The notes under the pieces are model-generated. The model was not told the DNA's origin, ran no database searches, and was given only the letters and a program-made list of their open reading frames with translations. The position numbers and the translations under genes are program-made. Positions 50,701 to 59,415 of a DNA stretch of 64,000 nt are shown one piece after another; position 1 is the first letter of the stretch; each line of letters starts with the position of its first letter. Where the stretch lies: positions 3,375-67,374 of the forward strand of contig CADAGD010000013.1 of NCBI GenBank assembly GCA_902787375.1. The letters are read 5' to 3'. The stretch is from an uncultured Eubacteriales bacterium. GTDB lineage: Bacteria > Bacillota > Clostridia > Christensenellales > CAG-138.

Positions 50701-51212
50701 AGCTCTATATAAAAATCATCCCCGAACAGCTTTTTAAGCCTTTGCGCAAGCTCTCTCGCCTGCGTATACTGCTCATTCAGCAAATACTGCGGAATATCTC
50801 CCGCAAGGCACGCCGAAAGGCATATCAATCCCTCATGGTATTCCTCCAAAAGCTCATAGTCGATGCGCGGCTTATAATAGAAGCCGTCCACAAAAGCTAT
50901 GGATGAAAGCTTCATCAGGTTTTTATATCCCGTTTGATTCTTGCAAAGCAGTATCAGATGGGAATGCTCTCTTGAGAGCGTTTCGGCATGGATGCCCCTC
51001 TTGGTCACATACGCCTCCATGCCGATTATGGGCTTTATACCCGCTTTTTTGCAGGCATTGTAAAAATCTATCGCGCCGTACATGACACCGTGATCGGTTA
51101 TGGCAAGCGCATCCATGCCAAGCTCCGCCGCTTTTGACACCAAATCGTTTATCCTTGCCGCTCCGTCGAGCAGGCTGTATTCGGTATGTACATGCAGATG
51201 TGTAAAGCTCAT
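47766..51212 (-). CDS. dnaE: DNA polymerase III alpha subunit (DnaE type)
   Basis: PHP N-terminus FTHLHVHTEYSLLDGA. 1148 aa. ATGA overlap with the whiA stop. Confidence 0.97.
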   Translation of the reverse strand: MSFTHLHVHTEYSLLDGAARINDLVSKAAELGMDALAITDHGVMYGAIDFYNACKKAGIKPIIGMEAYVTKRGIHAETLSREHSHLILLCKNQTGYKNLMKLSSIAFVDGFYYKPRIDYELLEEYHEGLICLSACLAGDIPQYLLNEQYTQARELAQRLKKLFGDDFYIELQNHGIQEQLIVLPRLNALAKELDIKTVATNDIHYVSVDDAEAQDVLLCIQTGHFVDETNRMRMETREFYLKSEEEMLKRFGGYEDAIYNTSEIAEKCCVEIELGGRHLPEFTPPDGMGHEEYLRKLCSEGMKRRFGDNPDKKYVDRLEYEIKVIADMGFVDYFLIVWDFIHYAKTHGVPVGPGRGSGAASIVAYALDITDIDPLKYNLLFERFLNPERITMPDIDVDFCYERRQEVIDYVIEKYGADHVAQIITFGTMAARAVVRDVGRVLRVPYNEVDRIAKLIPQMLKITIRQALDMVPELKELYESNDTYRKLIDLSLKLEGLPRHASTHAAGVVISSVPTMEFVPLQRNEDSITTQYTMGTLEALGMLKMDFLGLRTLTVIHDCCEFIKRRGLEAPDFSTLGFDDKNIYDLISSGDTIGVFQLESAGMTNFMTQMKPNCFEDIIAGIALFRPGPMEQIPRYLAGKQDVSNVTYVHEKLRPILETTYGCMVYQEQVMQIVRDLAGYSYGRSDLIRRAMSKKKHDVMEKERVNFINGITDDDGNITVPGAVRNGISEATANKIFDEMMDFASYAFNKAHAACYAVVAYRTAYLKYYYPVELMTALINSFIGSSEKIADYIYYCRKRGFKILPPDINKSEPHFTVENGAIRFGLAAIRNVGEEAMNEMLTERRKNGEFKDFNDFLKRTESVNKRMMEGLIKAGCFNEMGVTRLWLMRNYEDEMGAAAAERKRRNSGQMSIFDMFDDGNEASVPQPPASDEEYSIKEILEMEKETLGIYISGHPLMEFESTLSLMSVNCKQLSEADAHSQLRDNDRVTFAGLMGSIRTRQVKSGNGLMAYGIVEDMTGQVEFAAFPTVYSKYREMFTDTVPVKVTGRLSMREDKANTVMIDEVVKLEKTDRYRLYIRVDDANRDKLERFMGVLKRYPGRHEVVFFDTSTGKQRLAPQELSVNGAATLIEIAENLMGSENVKFIRMKS

Positions 51213-52159
51213 AAGCCTCTCCCGTTCCTTATATCGTCCGCAATGGCGGCTATCCTTTTGAGTCTGTAATTGACCGCCGACTTCCCGATGCCAAGCTTTT
51301 GCGCAAGCTGGGAAAGCGTCAGCTCCGGCTCCTCCATTCTTGCCGACGCCACCTCATAAAGCTCCTCACTCAAGGCGTCCGCTCCCAGCTCGGTCATGAC
51401 AAGTCGTATGTTCTCCGACTGAACCGCCGAAGCCCTCGCCGTCTTTTCCATATTTGCCGAAAAGCAGTTGACCTCTCGATTTGAATTGTTCTTGACCTCG
51501 CGTATCATCCTGTATTCCCGAACCTTCAGCATGGCCTCGCCCGCTCCCATGAACGTGAGAAAATCCTCGACCATATCCCCGTTCTTGAAGTAGACTATCC
51601 ACATATGCTTTCGATTGGTCAGCTTAGGCGGTATGTCGCGTTCGGAAAGAAGTCTTTGTATCTCCCGCGCAAGAAACTCGCTTCTAAGCACAAGCTCGGC
51701 GCGGCAGCCCGTCGCGGGATCCGATACCGTGCCGCACGCGAGAAAAACGCCCCTTATGAATGCACGGCATAAATGCTCGCTCTCAAGTCCCTTGGGCAGT
51801 ACGGTCGCAAAGCTTTTATCCCCGTTCTCGTCATACGACATAAGCCCCGAATCGAGGCATAACGAATCGACGCCCCTTCCGTAAAGCAAAAGCTCGGTAT
51901 TTCTCGCATTGAGCCGCTGATGCACATTCAGCACCGTTTCCTGCTCAAGCTCATATGACTTGCAGGCAAGCTTTGCAATAAAGTTTATAGCCGTTGTGCT
52001 TTCGCTCACATAATGAAGCCCCCACTGTCCATGCTCCCTTGAGTATTTAAGGGACGCCGCAGCAAGCGTATAGCCCGCTATCAGCATATTGGCATCGGAC
52101 TCCCGACGCAGCCTTACGCCCGTCAATTCCTCTTTAATCTCCTGTGAGAAAGACATCAT
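51209..52159 (-). CDS. whiA: DNA-binding protein WhiA
   Basis: N-terminus MSFSQEIKEEL, degenerate LAGLIDADG-like body, C-terminal HTH LSQLAQKLGIGKSAVNYRLKRI. Confidence 0.9.
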   Translation of the reverse strand: MMSFSQEIKEELTGVRLRRESDANMLIAGYTLAAASLKYSREHGQWGLHYVSESTTAINFIAKLACKSYELEQETVLNVHQRLNARNTELLLYGRGVDSLCLDSGLMSYDENGDKSFATVLPKGLESEHLCRAFIRGVFLACGTVSDPATGCRAELVLRSEFLAREIQRLLSERDIPPKLTNRKHMWIVYFKNGDMVEDFLTFMGAGEAMLKVREYRMIREVKNNSNREVNCFSANMEKTARASAVQSENIRLVMTELGADALSEELYEVASARMEEPELTLSQLAQKLGIGKSAVNYRLKRIAAIADDIRNGRGL

Positions 52160-53040
52160 GTCTCAAACCTCTCCGAGATGGATTGCGCTTCTATCGCAAG
52201 ATCCCTGTGCTGTACGGTCGTGCTTCTGAAATTCTTCATCTCATTATACAAAGCCTCTGCCATGGCGACCGATCTATGCCTTCCGCCCGTGCAGCCGAAC
52301 GAAACCATGAGTCTCCGTTTGCCCTCACGCTCATACGCCGGAATCAGCATGTACAGCATCTCCTTCAGCATTTTAAGATGCTTTCTTACATTTTCATCCA
52401 TCATCACATATTCGTAGACTTCCTTATCGCGTCCCGAAAGATTTCTCAGCGACACCTCATAGAACGGATTTGCCGTATAGCGCATGTCTATGACAATATC
52501 GGCGTCGAGCGGAATGCCGCGCTTAAACCCAAAGCTTGTTATTACGAGCCTGAACATATTCTCATCATTCCTGCCCGCTATGCTCTCTATAGTGCGCCGA
52601 AACTCACGGGGCGACATTTCACTTGTATCAATGATGTAATTGGATCGTTCCTTTATAGGCTCCAGAAGCTCGCGCTCAATCAGTATCCCTGCCGATATGT
52701 CGTCGTGCATCGGATGTCTGCGGCGCGTTTCGCTGTAGCGTCTTTGAAGCACTTCATTCGAACAGTCCAGAAACAGTATCTCATGCGGATCGTCCAGCCG
52801 GTCAAGAGTCTGGAACATCCTCTCGGTGCTGTACCTGAAAGACGAGGTTCGACTGTCGATTACAAGCGCGACCCTTTCAACCGGAGGCTCGGCGCTTCTG
52901 CTAAGCTCCAGGAAGCTGTTCATAATGCCGCTTGGAATATTATCGACGCAGAGAAACCCATAATCCTCAAGTATGCGCAGCGCACTTGACTTTCCCGCTC
53001 CGCTCAGTCCCGTTACGATCAGTATGTGCATAAACCTCAC
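52156..53040 (-). CDS. rapZ: RNase adapter / nucleotide-binding protein RapZ (YvcJ)
   Basis: Walker A GLSGAGKSSA and C-terminal CTGGRHRSV. ATGA overlap with the whiA start. Confidence 0.93.
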   Translation of the reverse strand: MRFMHILIVTGLSGAGKSSALRILEDYGFLCVDNIPSGIMNSFLELSRSAEPPVERVALVIDSRTSSFRYSTERMFQTLDRLDDPHEILFLDCSNEVLQRRYSETRRRHPMHDDISAGILIERELLEPIKERSNYIIDTSEMSPREFRRTIESIAGRNDENMFRLVITSFGFKRGIPLDADIVIDMRYTANPFYEVSLRNLSGRDKEVYEYVMMDENVRKHLKMLKEMLYMLIPAYEREGKRRLMVSFGCTGGRHRSVAMAEALYNEMKNFRSTTVQHRDLAIEAQSISERFET

Positions 53041-53044
53041 CCGC

Positions 53045-53941
53045 TTAGATTATTTTCACCTCAGGCTCAAGCTGTACACCGAATCTTTCATAGACGATCC
53101 TTTCGACCTCAGCCATGAGCGCAAGCACATCCGACGCCGTCGCGTCCGAATAGTTTATCAGGAACCCGGCATGTTTTTCGCTTACCATCGCTCCGCCTAC
53201 GCGAAAGCCCTTCAGTCCTGCCTGCTCGATAAGCGCTCCGGCAAAATTGCCCTCAGGACGCTTGAAAAAGCTGCCTGCCGAGGGATAGTTGAGCGGCTGC
53301 TTGTCGCGTCTTCTTGCGGAGAAGTCCTCCATTCTCTCCCTTGCTCCGCCATCATCCTCCCGGAGCTCGAACACAGCCTCAAGCACCACCATATCGGGGT
53401 AGGCATACGGCGATTTGCGATAGCCCATTGCCTCCTTATCGGCTTCCATTTCAATTACGCCGTCATTGCAAAACACCTTTACGCTCTTTAAAGCCTGCTT
53501 TATCTCCCCGCCATATGCTCCTGCGTTCATGGCAACAGCTCCGCCGATTGTGCCGGGTATGCCCGTCGCCCACTCAAGACCCATGTATCCCGCAAGCACT
53601 GACGCTCTTGAAGCGGCGGCAAGCGAAGCTCCCGCTCCGCATATGAGCATCCCGTTCTCGATCCGGTATTCAACGAGCTCCCCCGAAAGCTTTATAAACA
53701 GGCAATCGCAGCCCGCATCGGTTATGAGCAGATTGCTTCCGTTGCCTATCACAAAAAAAGCAATGTCGTTTTCCGTTACAAATGAAAGCAGCTTTTCGGC
53801 TTGTTCCTGATTCGCGGGCTCGGCAAACAGCGAAACAGCTCCGCCAAGCTTGAACGTAGTGCATTCGCTGCCCGTAACATCCTCTCTGTATCCGATGCCA
53901 TTCTCGTCCATAAAGCACTTTATCGGTAAATATTTATCCAT
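53045..53941 (-). CDS. murB: UDP-N-acetylenolpyruvoylglucosamine reductase
   Basis: FAD-domain string VIGNGSNLLI and C-terminal GGAMVSEKHAGFLIN. Confidence 0.95.
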   Translation of the reverse strand: MDKYLPIKCFMDENGIGYREDVTGSECTTFKLGGAVSLFAEPANQEQAEKLLSFVTENDIAFFVIGNGSNLLITDAGCDCLFIKLSGELVEYRIENGMLICGAGASLAAASRASVLAGYMGLEWATGIPGTIGGAVAMNAGAYGGEIKQALKSVKVFCNDGVIEMEADKEAMGYRKSPYAYPDMVVLEAVFELREDDGGARERMEDFSARRRDKQPLNYPSAGSFFKRPEGNFAGALIEQAGLKGFRVGGAMVSEKHAGFLINYSDATASDVLALMAEVERIVYERFGVQLEPEVKII

Positions 53942-54055
53942 TATTATTGCCCTTTCATATTATTCCATATTAATTATACTATTTTTCAGCCACAAATACA
54001 ATATTAAAAAAACCTTCCTCTTCCATTTGGCGCATTTATATGGTACTATATAGAC

Positions 54056-55435
54056 ATGGAAACTAAAAAAACATTCTCAACCAAATATGTAGATGTGCTT
54101 GACGGCATAAGGGCATTGAGCGTAATAATCGTCCTCATATTCCATTTCTGGCAGCAGACATGGATATTCCCCACAATCCAAACGCCGTTCCTTTCATTCA
54201 TCGGAATAACCTCCATCGACTTCACGCCCTTTGCAAGATGCGGCTACCTCTTTGTCGATATGATGGTTCTGATAAGCGGATTCCTGCTGTTTCTTCCCGT
54301 GGCAAGAAACATATTCTTCGGTGAGCCGCTTTCAAGCTGGAAGACGTACTATAAAAAGCGCGCCGTCAGGATACTGCCGAGCTATTTCTTCTGTGTCATA
54401 GCGTTGTTCATATATGAGCTTGCGGCGGGAAGCTATGGCAATCCCGTAAACATGGGCATAGCTTTTCAAGACCTTTTGTCCCATCTGACATTCACACATA
54501 TGTGGCGTATCAAGACATACCTTGGCACAAAGCTCAATGTCGTGCTTTGGACGCTTGCCGTTGAGGTATGGTTCTATATACTCTTTCCCCTGTTCGCGCT
54601 CATTATAAAGAGGCATAAGAAGGAAAGCGGCTTTGTCCGTCCCCTTATAAGGGTGGGTATACTCGCGGTTTTAATGGTTGGCATATCGCTGGCTTTCATT
54701 TACGGGTACGCGCTCAACTCCGGAAGTCAATTCTCGAACGGCATTGATTCGCTGTTCGCAAGTCTCGGTTCGGATATAAGGTCAACATACCCCGCTATGT
54801 TTATCAATCAGCTCCCCGCCTTCTTCGGAACATATGCCGTCGGCATGGTCGGCTCATGTATATATGTGTTTGCCGCGTCAAGAATAAAGCAGGACAAGCT
54901 TACAGGGAGCATATTCACAATTATCTCGGCAGTACTCATCTACATCATCGTTCAGCTCCTCAAGCAATGCTCGTCGCTTGAGCCTGCCAAGGCCCAAATC
55001 TGGCAGGTTTCAAACAGGCTGATGCTCTCCTGTGTATTCATGGGATTCATACTTTCGACCTCGTTCGCGCTTGGGTTCTATCGCTTCCTGTTCTCCAACA
55101 GGCTGATGCGCTTCCTGTCGGCAATCTCATACAATCTCTATATATGGCATCAATGGCTCTGCGTCAAGCTCAAGTCGGATTGGCACATCCCCGCATGGCC
55201 GCAGTTCGGCACTACCGACGACGCGCCCAATACATGGGTCAACAACAATATTTACTCGGCGGCTCAACAGCAGGCGGGCTTGCAATGGAGAACCGAATAT
55301 GCCATAATCATAACGCTGTTCGCGTTCGGCTTCGCAACGCTCGTCACATACCTTATTGAGCGTCCGGCAACCAAATGGCTTAACGGCCGCGACCTCAAGT
55401 CAAAAGCTGTAAAACCCGCAAAGCGCGGAAAATAA
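54056..55435 (+). CDS. Membrane acyltransferase, family 3 (O-acyltransferase)
   Basis: N-terminal LDGIRALSVIIVLIFHF motif and ~10 hydrophobic helices. There is no SD before the ATG. Confidence 0.8.
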   Translation: METKKTFSTKYVDVLDGIRALSVIIVLIFHFWQQTWIFPTIQTPFLSFIGITSIDFTPFARCGYLFVDMMVLISGFLLFLPVARNIFFGEPLSSWKTYYKKRAVRILPSYFFCVIALFIYELAAGSYGNPVNMGIAFQDLLSHLTFTHMWRIKTYLGTKLNVVLWTLAVEVWFYILFPLFALIIKRHKKESGFVRPLIRVGILAVLMVGISLAFIYGYALNSGSQFSNGIDSLFASLGSDIRSTYPAMFINQLPAFFGTYAVGMVGSCIYVFAASRIKQDKLTGSIFTIISAVLIYIIVQLLKQCSSLEPAKAQIWQVSNRLMLSCVFMGFILSTSFALGFYRFLFSNRLMRFLSAISYNLYIWHQWLCVKLKSDWHIPAWPQFGTTDDAPNTWVNNNIYSAAQQQAGLQWRTEYAIIITLFAFGFATLVTYLIERPATKWLNGRDLKSKAVKPAKRGK

Positions 55436-55450
55436 ATAAACAAATAGGCA

Positions 55451-55496
55451 GGCGGACAGGGCATGTTAAAACGCTCTGTCCGCCCGAATTGTTTTT
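55451..55496. terminator. Terminator between convergent acyltransferase and glycerate-kinase-like genes
   Basis: Stem GGCGGACAG (55451-55459) / CTGTCCGCC (55476-55484), followed by CGAATTGTTTTT. Confidence 0.65.
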
Positions 55497-55522
55497 CAAG
55501 CATTTTTATGCAGGGTTTATAA

Positions 55523-57052
55523 TCATTCAAACATATCCATTGTTTTTTTGACAAGCCTTCGCGCCGCCATGTCGAAGAATTTCAGGGCGTCACTCTCCGA
55601 TTGGCTGTACTCATGGTATTTAACCATCCGTTCTACGACGTCAGCTCCGTCGCCCCTGTGTCCCGCTATTACAGCCACGGGAACACCAGCTCTTTTCGCG
55701 TGTTCGATAACGGCTCCGACAGCCTTTCCTGAAAGGCTTGTTTTGTCCAGACCACCCTCGCCCGTTATCACGAGCGACGCTTCTTTAATCTTATTATCAA
55801 ACTCGGCAATTTCAAGTATCGCTTCAGCTCCCGACTTCATTTCGGCATTGAGCAGGGCAATGAGCATCGCGCCCATGCCGCCTGCCGCTCCTGCGCCGTC
55901 CGTACAAACATCCTTTCCGGCGTAAGCGTTAAGGAGCTTTTCCATATTCAGCATTCCCCTTTCAAGCACTTCAAGTATTTCCGGAGAAGCACCCTTTTGG
56001 GAACCGAACGTATATGTCGCTCCATATTCACCCGTAAGCGGATTTTTGACGTCGCACATCGCAATTATCCTTGAAGCCCGTATCTGGGCATCCATTTGCG
56101 AAGCGTCTATTGAAGCTATACAGCTCATATTCTCGGCTGTATGAACCTCATTGCCGTCGCTGTCAAGGAACCTGACCCCCAAGGCCGACGCCATACCTAT
56201 GCCGCAATCGTTGGTTGCCGAGCCTCCTAGACATACATATATCTCCCGTATGCCCTCATGGGCGGCACGAAGCATCAGCTCTCCAACTCCAATGCTCGAA
56301 GCCTGCAAGGGATTCAGCGAATCCCTGTCGCAAAGAGCAAGTCCGCTTGCCAAGGCGGACTCTATAAACGCTTTTGAACCGTCAACAACATAGTATTCAG
56401 CCCTTATCCTCTTCCCGTAAGGGTCTGTAACCTCCATGCCGTGTCGCTGACCGATTACGGCGTTTTCAAGCGCATTGAGGCTTCCGTCGCCGCCGTCAGC
56501 CACCGGTATCGGAACGCAGGTTACGTTGGGCAGGCTTTCCCTGAATACCCGCCGCAAATGTCTTGCAGCCGTTTGAGCGGGTATGGTTCCCTTAAAGGCA
56601 TTGGGAGCAAGTATGACCGTATTCTCTTTTGAAAACAGCTTCCTCTTATCGGCGCGTGCGGGAAACCTCAGGCTTCTGCCATCGCCCTGCGCACATACGC
56701 CGTCAGCTCCGACCGCTCCGAAGAACTCCATGTTTTCAAAATTTCTTATAACATTATTCTGCAAAAACGGCTCACGGGCGTCGAGCATCGAGTGAAGCCT
56801 TGCGTCAAGATTTATCTTCGAGTAAACATGACGCATTTTTTTCAAGCCGCCGTTCATAAAAACAACGGTGTATATGCCGCTGCCGTCCGAATCGTTAAGC
56901 TTGCATACTCCGCCGAAAATGTGAAGCTTTTCAACCTCCTTCATGCAAAAAAGCGAAGTCAGCTCCTTTAAAACGGTATCAATATCGGAGGGCGTGACAT
57001 CTTCCTTTAATGTATCAAACCTTACTCCAAGTGAAAACCTCATTATTCTCAT
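55523..57052 (-). CDS. Glycerate kinase family protein with ~145-aa N-terminal extension of unknown function
   Basis: Kinase core from about residue 146: APNAFKGT, PVADGGDGS, GGSATNDCGIG, CDVKNPLTG, GAGAAGGMG, TGEGGLDKTSLSGK. The start ATG overlaps the stop of the upstream ClpC-like gene (ATGA). Confidence 0.8.
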   Translation of the reverse strand: MRIMRFSLGVRFDTLKEDVTPSDIDTVLKELTSLFCMKEVEKLHIFGGVCKLNDSDGSGIYTVVFMNGGLKKMRHVYSKINLDARLHSMLDAREPFLQNNVIRNFENMEFFGAVGADGVCAQGDGRSLRFPARADKRKLFSKENTVILAPNAFKGTIPAQTAARHLRRVFRESLPNVTCVPIPVADGGDGSLNALENAVIGQRHGMEVTDPYGKRIRAEYYVVDGSKAFIESALASGLALCDRDSLNPLQASSIGVGELMLRAAHEGIREIYVCLGGSATNDCGIGMASALGVRFLDSDGNEVHTAENMSCIASIDASQMDAQIRASRIIAMCDVKNPLTGEYGATYTFGSQKGASPEILEVLERGMLNMEKLLNAYAGKDVCTDGAGAAGGMGAMLIALLNAEMKSGAEAILEIAEFDNKIKEASLVITGEGGLDKTSLSGKAVGAVIEHAKRAGVPVAVIAGHRGDGADVVERMVKYHEYSQSESDALKFFDMAARRLVKKTMDMFE

Positions 57053-59394
57053 TCGGTAACAAGCCTCCTGACATAGAATTTACCGTTGGCGGCATCGCAT
57101 ATTGCCTCATCCTGCGGCTTAATATCTCCATTAATCAACGCCATGCTCACGGCATCCTCGGCATTCATGGCGACTATCCTTCTGATATTTGCCGCCCTGC
57201 CCTCGGACTGCGCTGCTACTTCCTCAATGGCATTGCGAGTAAACTCAAGCTTGACATGTCTCCGCTCAACACGCTTCGCAAGCTTGTCAAGCTCACTCTC
57301 CGCAATTCTTATCAATGCCGATCTGTCAAGCCGATCGAACACGATAACCGCATCCACGTTTCTGAACACCTCATCGGGAAGTCTGTCCATTGCATACCTC
57401 AAGTATGATGCGCCGAGTGTATCATTCGAGCCAAAGCCAAGCTGCTTCTGTTCCCTGTCAACATCAATACACAGAGCTATAACGCTGTTTCGGAAGCTTA
57501 CTGCTCTTCCCCTGCCATCCTCAGTTCTGCCATCGGAAAGTATCTCCGAAAGAATCGAGAACACCTGCGGCGAACATTCATCGGCATTTGATATCCTCAC
57601 TACCGAAACCGGATGCAATCTTAAATACTCAGTCAGCTTTCCGCCCTTTTCGGCGTCCTTATATCCCGAAGGCGCACCTATCATACGAACAACCGCGCCC
57701 TCGTCGGCAAGCTCATTTCCTGTCAGGCATATGGCGGAATTATTGAATGCGAGCTTGGAGAGGCTATCCGCAAGCGTCTTTTTTCCCGTGCCGGGAGGCC
57801 CTACAAAAACAAACGACGCAAAGGGCTTTTGAGGTGTGCCAAGCCCTGCGGCGGAACGGCGGAGAACTGCCGTCACTTCCTTGACCGCATTGCTCTGTCC
57901 GAAAACACACTCCGAAAGACGTTCGTCAAGATCGTTTATCCATTCTCCCTTTGATGCGGCTGTGACGTCTATGCCCGTGTGTTCAGACGCGGCTTTTGCA
58001 ATGCTTTCCGCGCAAACGTGCGGTATGCTTTCATCGTCCGCTATGCTTTTTTCAAGCATACGCATACGTTCGGCAAGCTCAAAATTCCCTGACTCCGCCG
58101 CCATCTCCTTCTGCTGTCTGATCCTTTTGCGCTCCGAGCCGTCAGCCCTTTTCAGTCTTGCCATGGCACATGCTTCATCAACAAGGTCTATCGCCTTGTC
58201 CGGAAGCTGCCTGTCCGCAATATACCTTACGGAAAGCTCGACAGCCGCTTCAATCGCCGAGTCGTCAATAACAACATTATGATGCTTCTCATACCTTTGC
58301 TTAAGGCTGTTAAGTATCTCAACGGTCTGCTCAGGCGTTGGCTCCGATACGAGTATGGGGGAAAATCTTCTCTCCAATGCCGCATCCTTCTCAATATAAG
58401 TACGGTACTCGTCTATCGTTGTGGCACCTATAACGCGAAGCTCACCTCTTGCGAGAGCAGGCTTCATTATATTTGCGGCGTCGATGCTTCCCTCGCCCGC
58501 GCCTGCTCCCACTATTGTATGTATCTCATCAATAAAAAGTATGACCTTTTCGTTGGAGCGCAGCTCATCGAGCATTGCCTTCAAACGCTCCTCAAACTCG
58601 CCCCTGTACTTGGTTCCCGCGATAAGTGCGCCAATATCAAGCGAAAGCACGCGGGCGTTCTCAAGCTCTCGCGGAACATCTCCCTCAGCTATCATACGGG
58701 CTATGCCCTCGACTATTGCCGATTTTCCGACGCCGGGCTCACCTATCAGCACCGGATTGTTCTTGGTTCGTCTGCACAGCGTTTGCAGCACCCGCGCAGT
58801 TTCCGTGCTTCTTCCGACGACCGGATCGAGCTTATCCTTTTCGGCAAGTGACGACAAGTCCCTTGTATACATATCGAGTACGGGAGTGGCTTCGTCATTA
58901 AATCCCCGCCGCAAAAGCTCATCGGTGTCCTCCGACTCACAATACTCCGGATCATCGTGTTTCCCATACTCACCGCCTGTCAGCGACGACATGAGAGCGT
59001 CAATATCCTCGCAGAGAGTGTCAACTATCCTTGCTCCGACGGAATCGCGCTCACGCATTATTGCCGACAAAATATGATTGGTTCCGATGAGATTGCATCC
59101 GTCCGACTTCGCCTCATAGAGAGCCAGCTCCAGCACATGCTTGACAATCTGTGTATTGCCGAAGCTGTCCGTGAGCATACTTCTTCCTCCCCCGATGGTT
59201 GTATTCAGATAAGGAGCGATGCGTCTTTCCGTTATGCCGTTTTTTGCGAGTGCTTCCGATGTTTTATCGCCGCACTTAATAATCCCCATGAGCAGATGCT
59301 CGCTGCCCACGAAGCTTTGTCCAAGCTCTTTGGCTGTATTCTGAGCGCCGGACAACGCTTTGACCGCCTGCTCAGTATAGATTGATAATTCCAT
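57049..59394 (-). CDS. ClpC-like double AAA+ ATPase with degenerate second nucleotide-binding domain
   Basis: Two Clp_N repeats. D1 has GEPGVGKSAIVEG and ILFIDEIHT. A UVR-like coil follows. D2 has GPPGTGKKT and VVRISNADEC in place of the Walker B motif. Confidence 0.8.
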   Translation of the reverse strand: MELSIYTEQAVKALSGAQNTAKELGQSFVGSEHLLMGIIKCGDKTSEALAKNGITERRIAPYLNTTIGGGRSMLTDSFGNTQIVKHVLELALYEAKSDGCNLIGTNHILSAIMRERDSVGARIVDTLCEDIDALMSSLTGGEYGKHDDPEYCESEDTDELLRRGFNDEATPVLDMYTRDLSSLAEKDKLDPVVGRSTETARVLQTLCRRTKNNPVLIGEPGVGKSAIVEGIARMIAEGDVPRELENARVLSLDIGALIAGTKYRGEFEERLKAMLDELRSNEKVILFIDEIHTIVGAGAGEGSIDAANIMKPALARGELRVIGATTIDEYRTYIEKDAALERRFSPILVSEPTPEQTVEILNSLKQRYEKHHNVVIDDSAIEAAVELSVRYIADRQLPDKAIDLVDEACAMARLKRADGSERKRIRQQKEMAAESGNFELAERMRMLEKSIADDESIPHVCAESIAKAASEHTGIDVTAASKGEWINDLDERLSECVFGQSNAVKEVTAVLRRSAAGLGTPQKPFASFVFVGPPGTGKKTLADSLSKLAFNNSAICLTGNELADEGAVVRMIGAPSGYKDAEKGGKLTEYLRLHPVSVVRISNADECSPQVFSILSEILSDGRTEDGRGRAVSFRNSVIALCIDVDREQKQLGFGSNDTLGASYLRYAMDRLPDEVFRNVDAVIVFDRLDRSALIRIAESELDKLAKRVERRHVKLEFTRNAIEEVAAQSEGRAANIRRIVAMNAEDAVSMALINGDIKPQDEAICDAANGKFYVRRLVTE

Positions 59395-59415
59395 GTTCTT
59401 TTGTACCGTAAAAAA

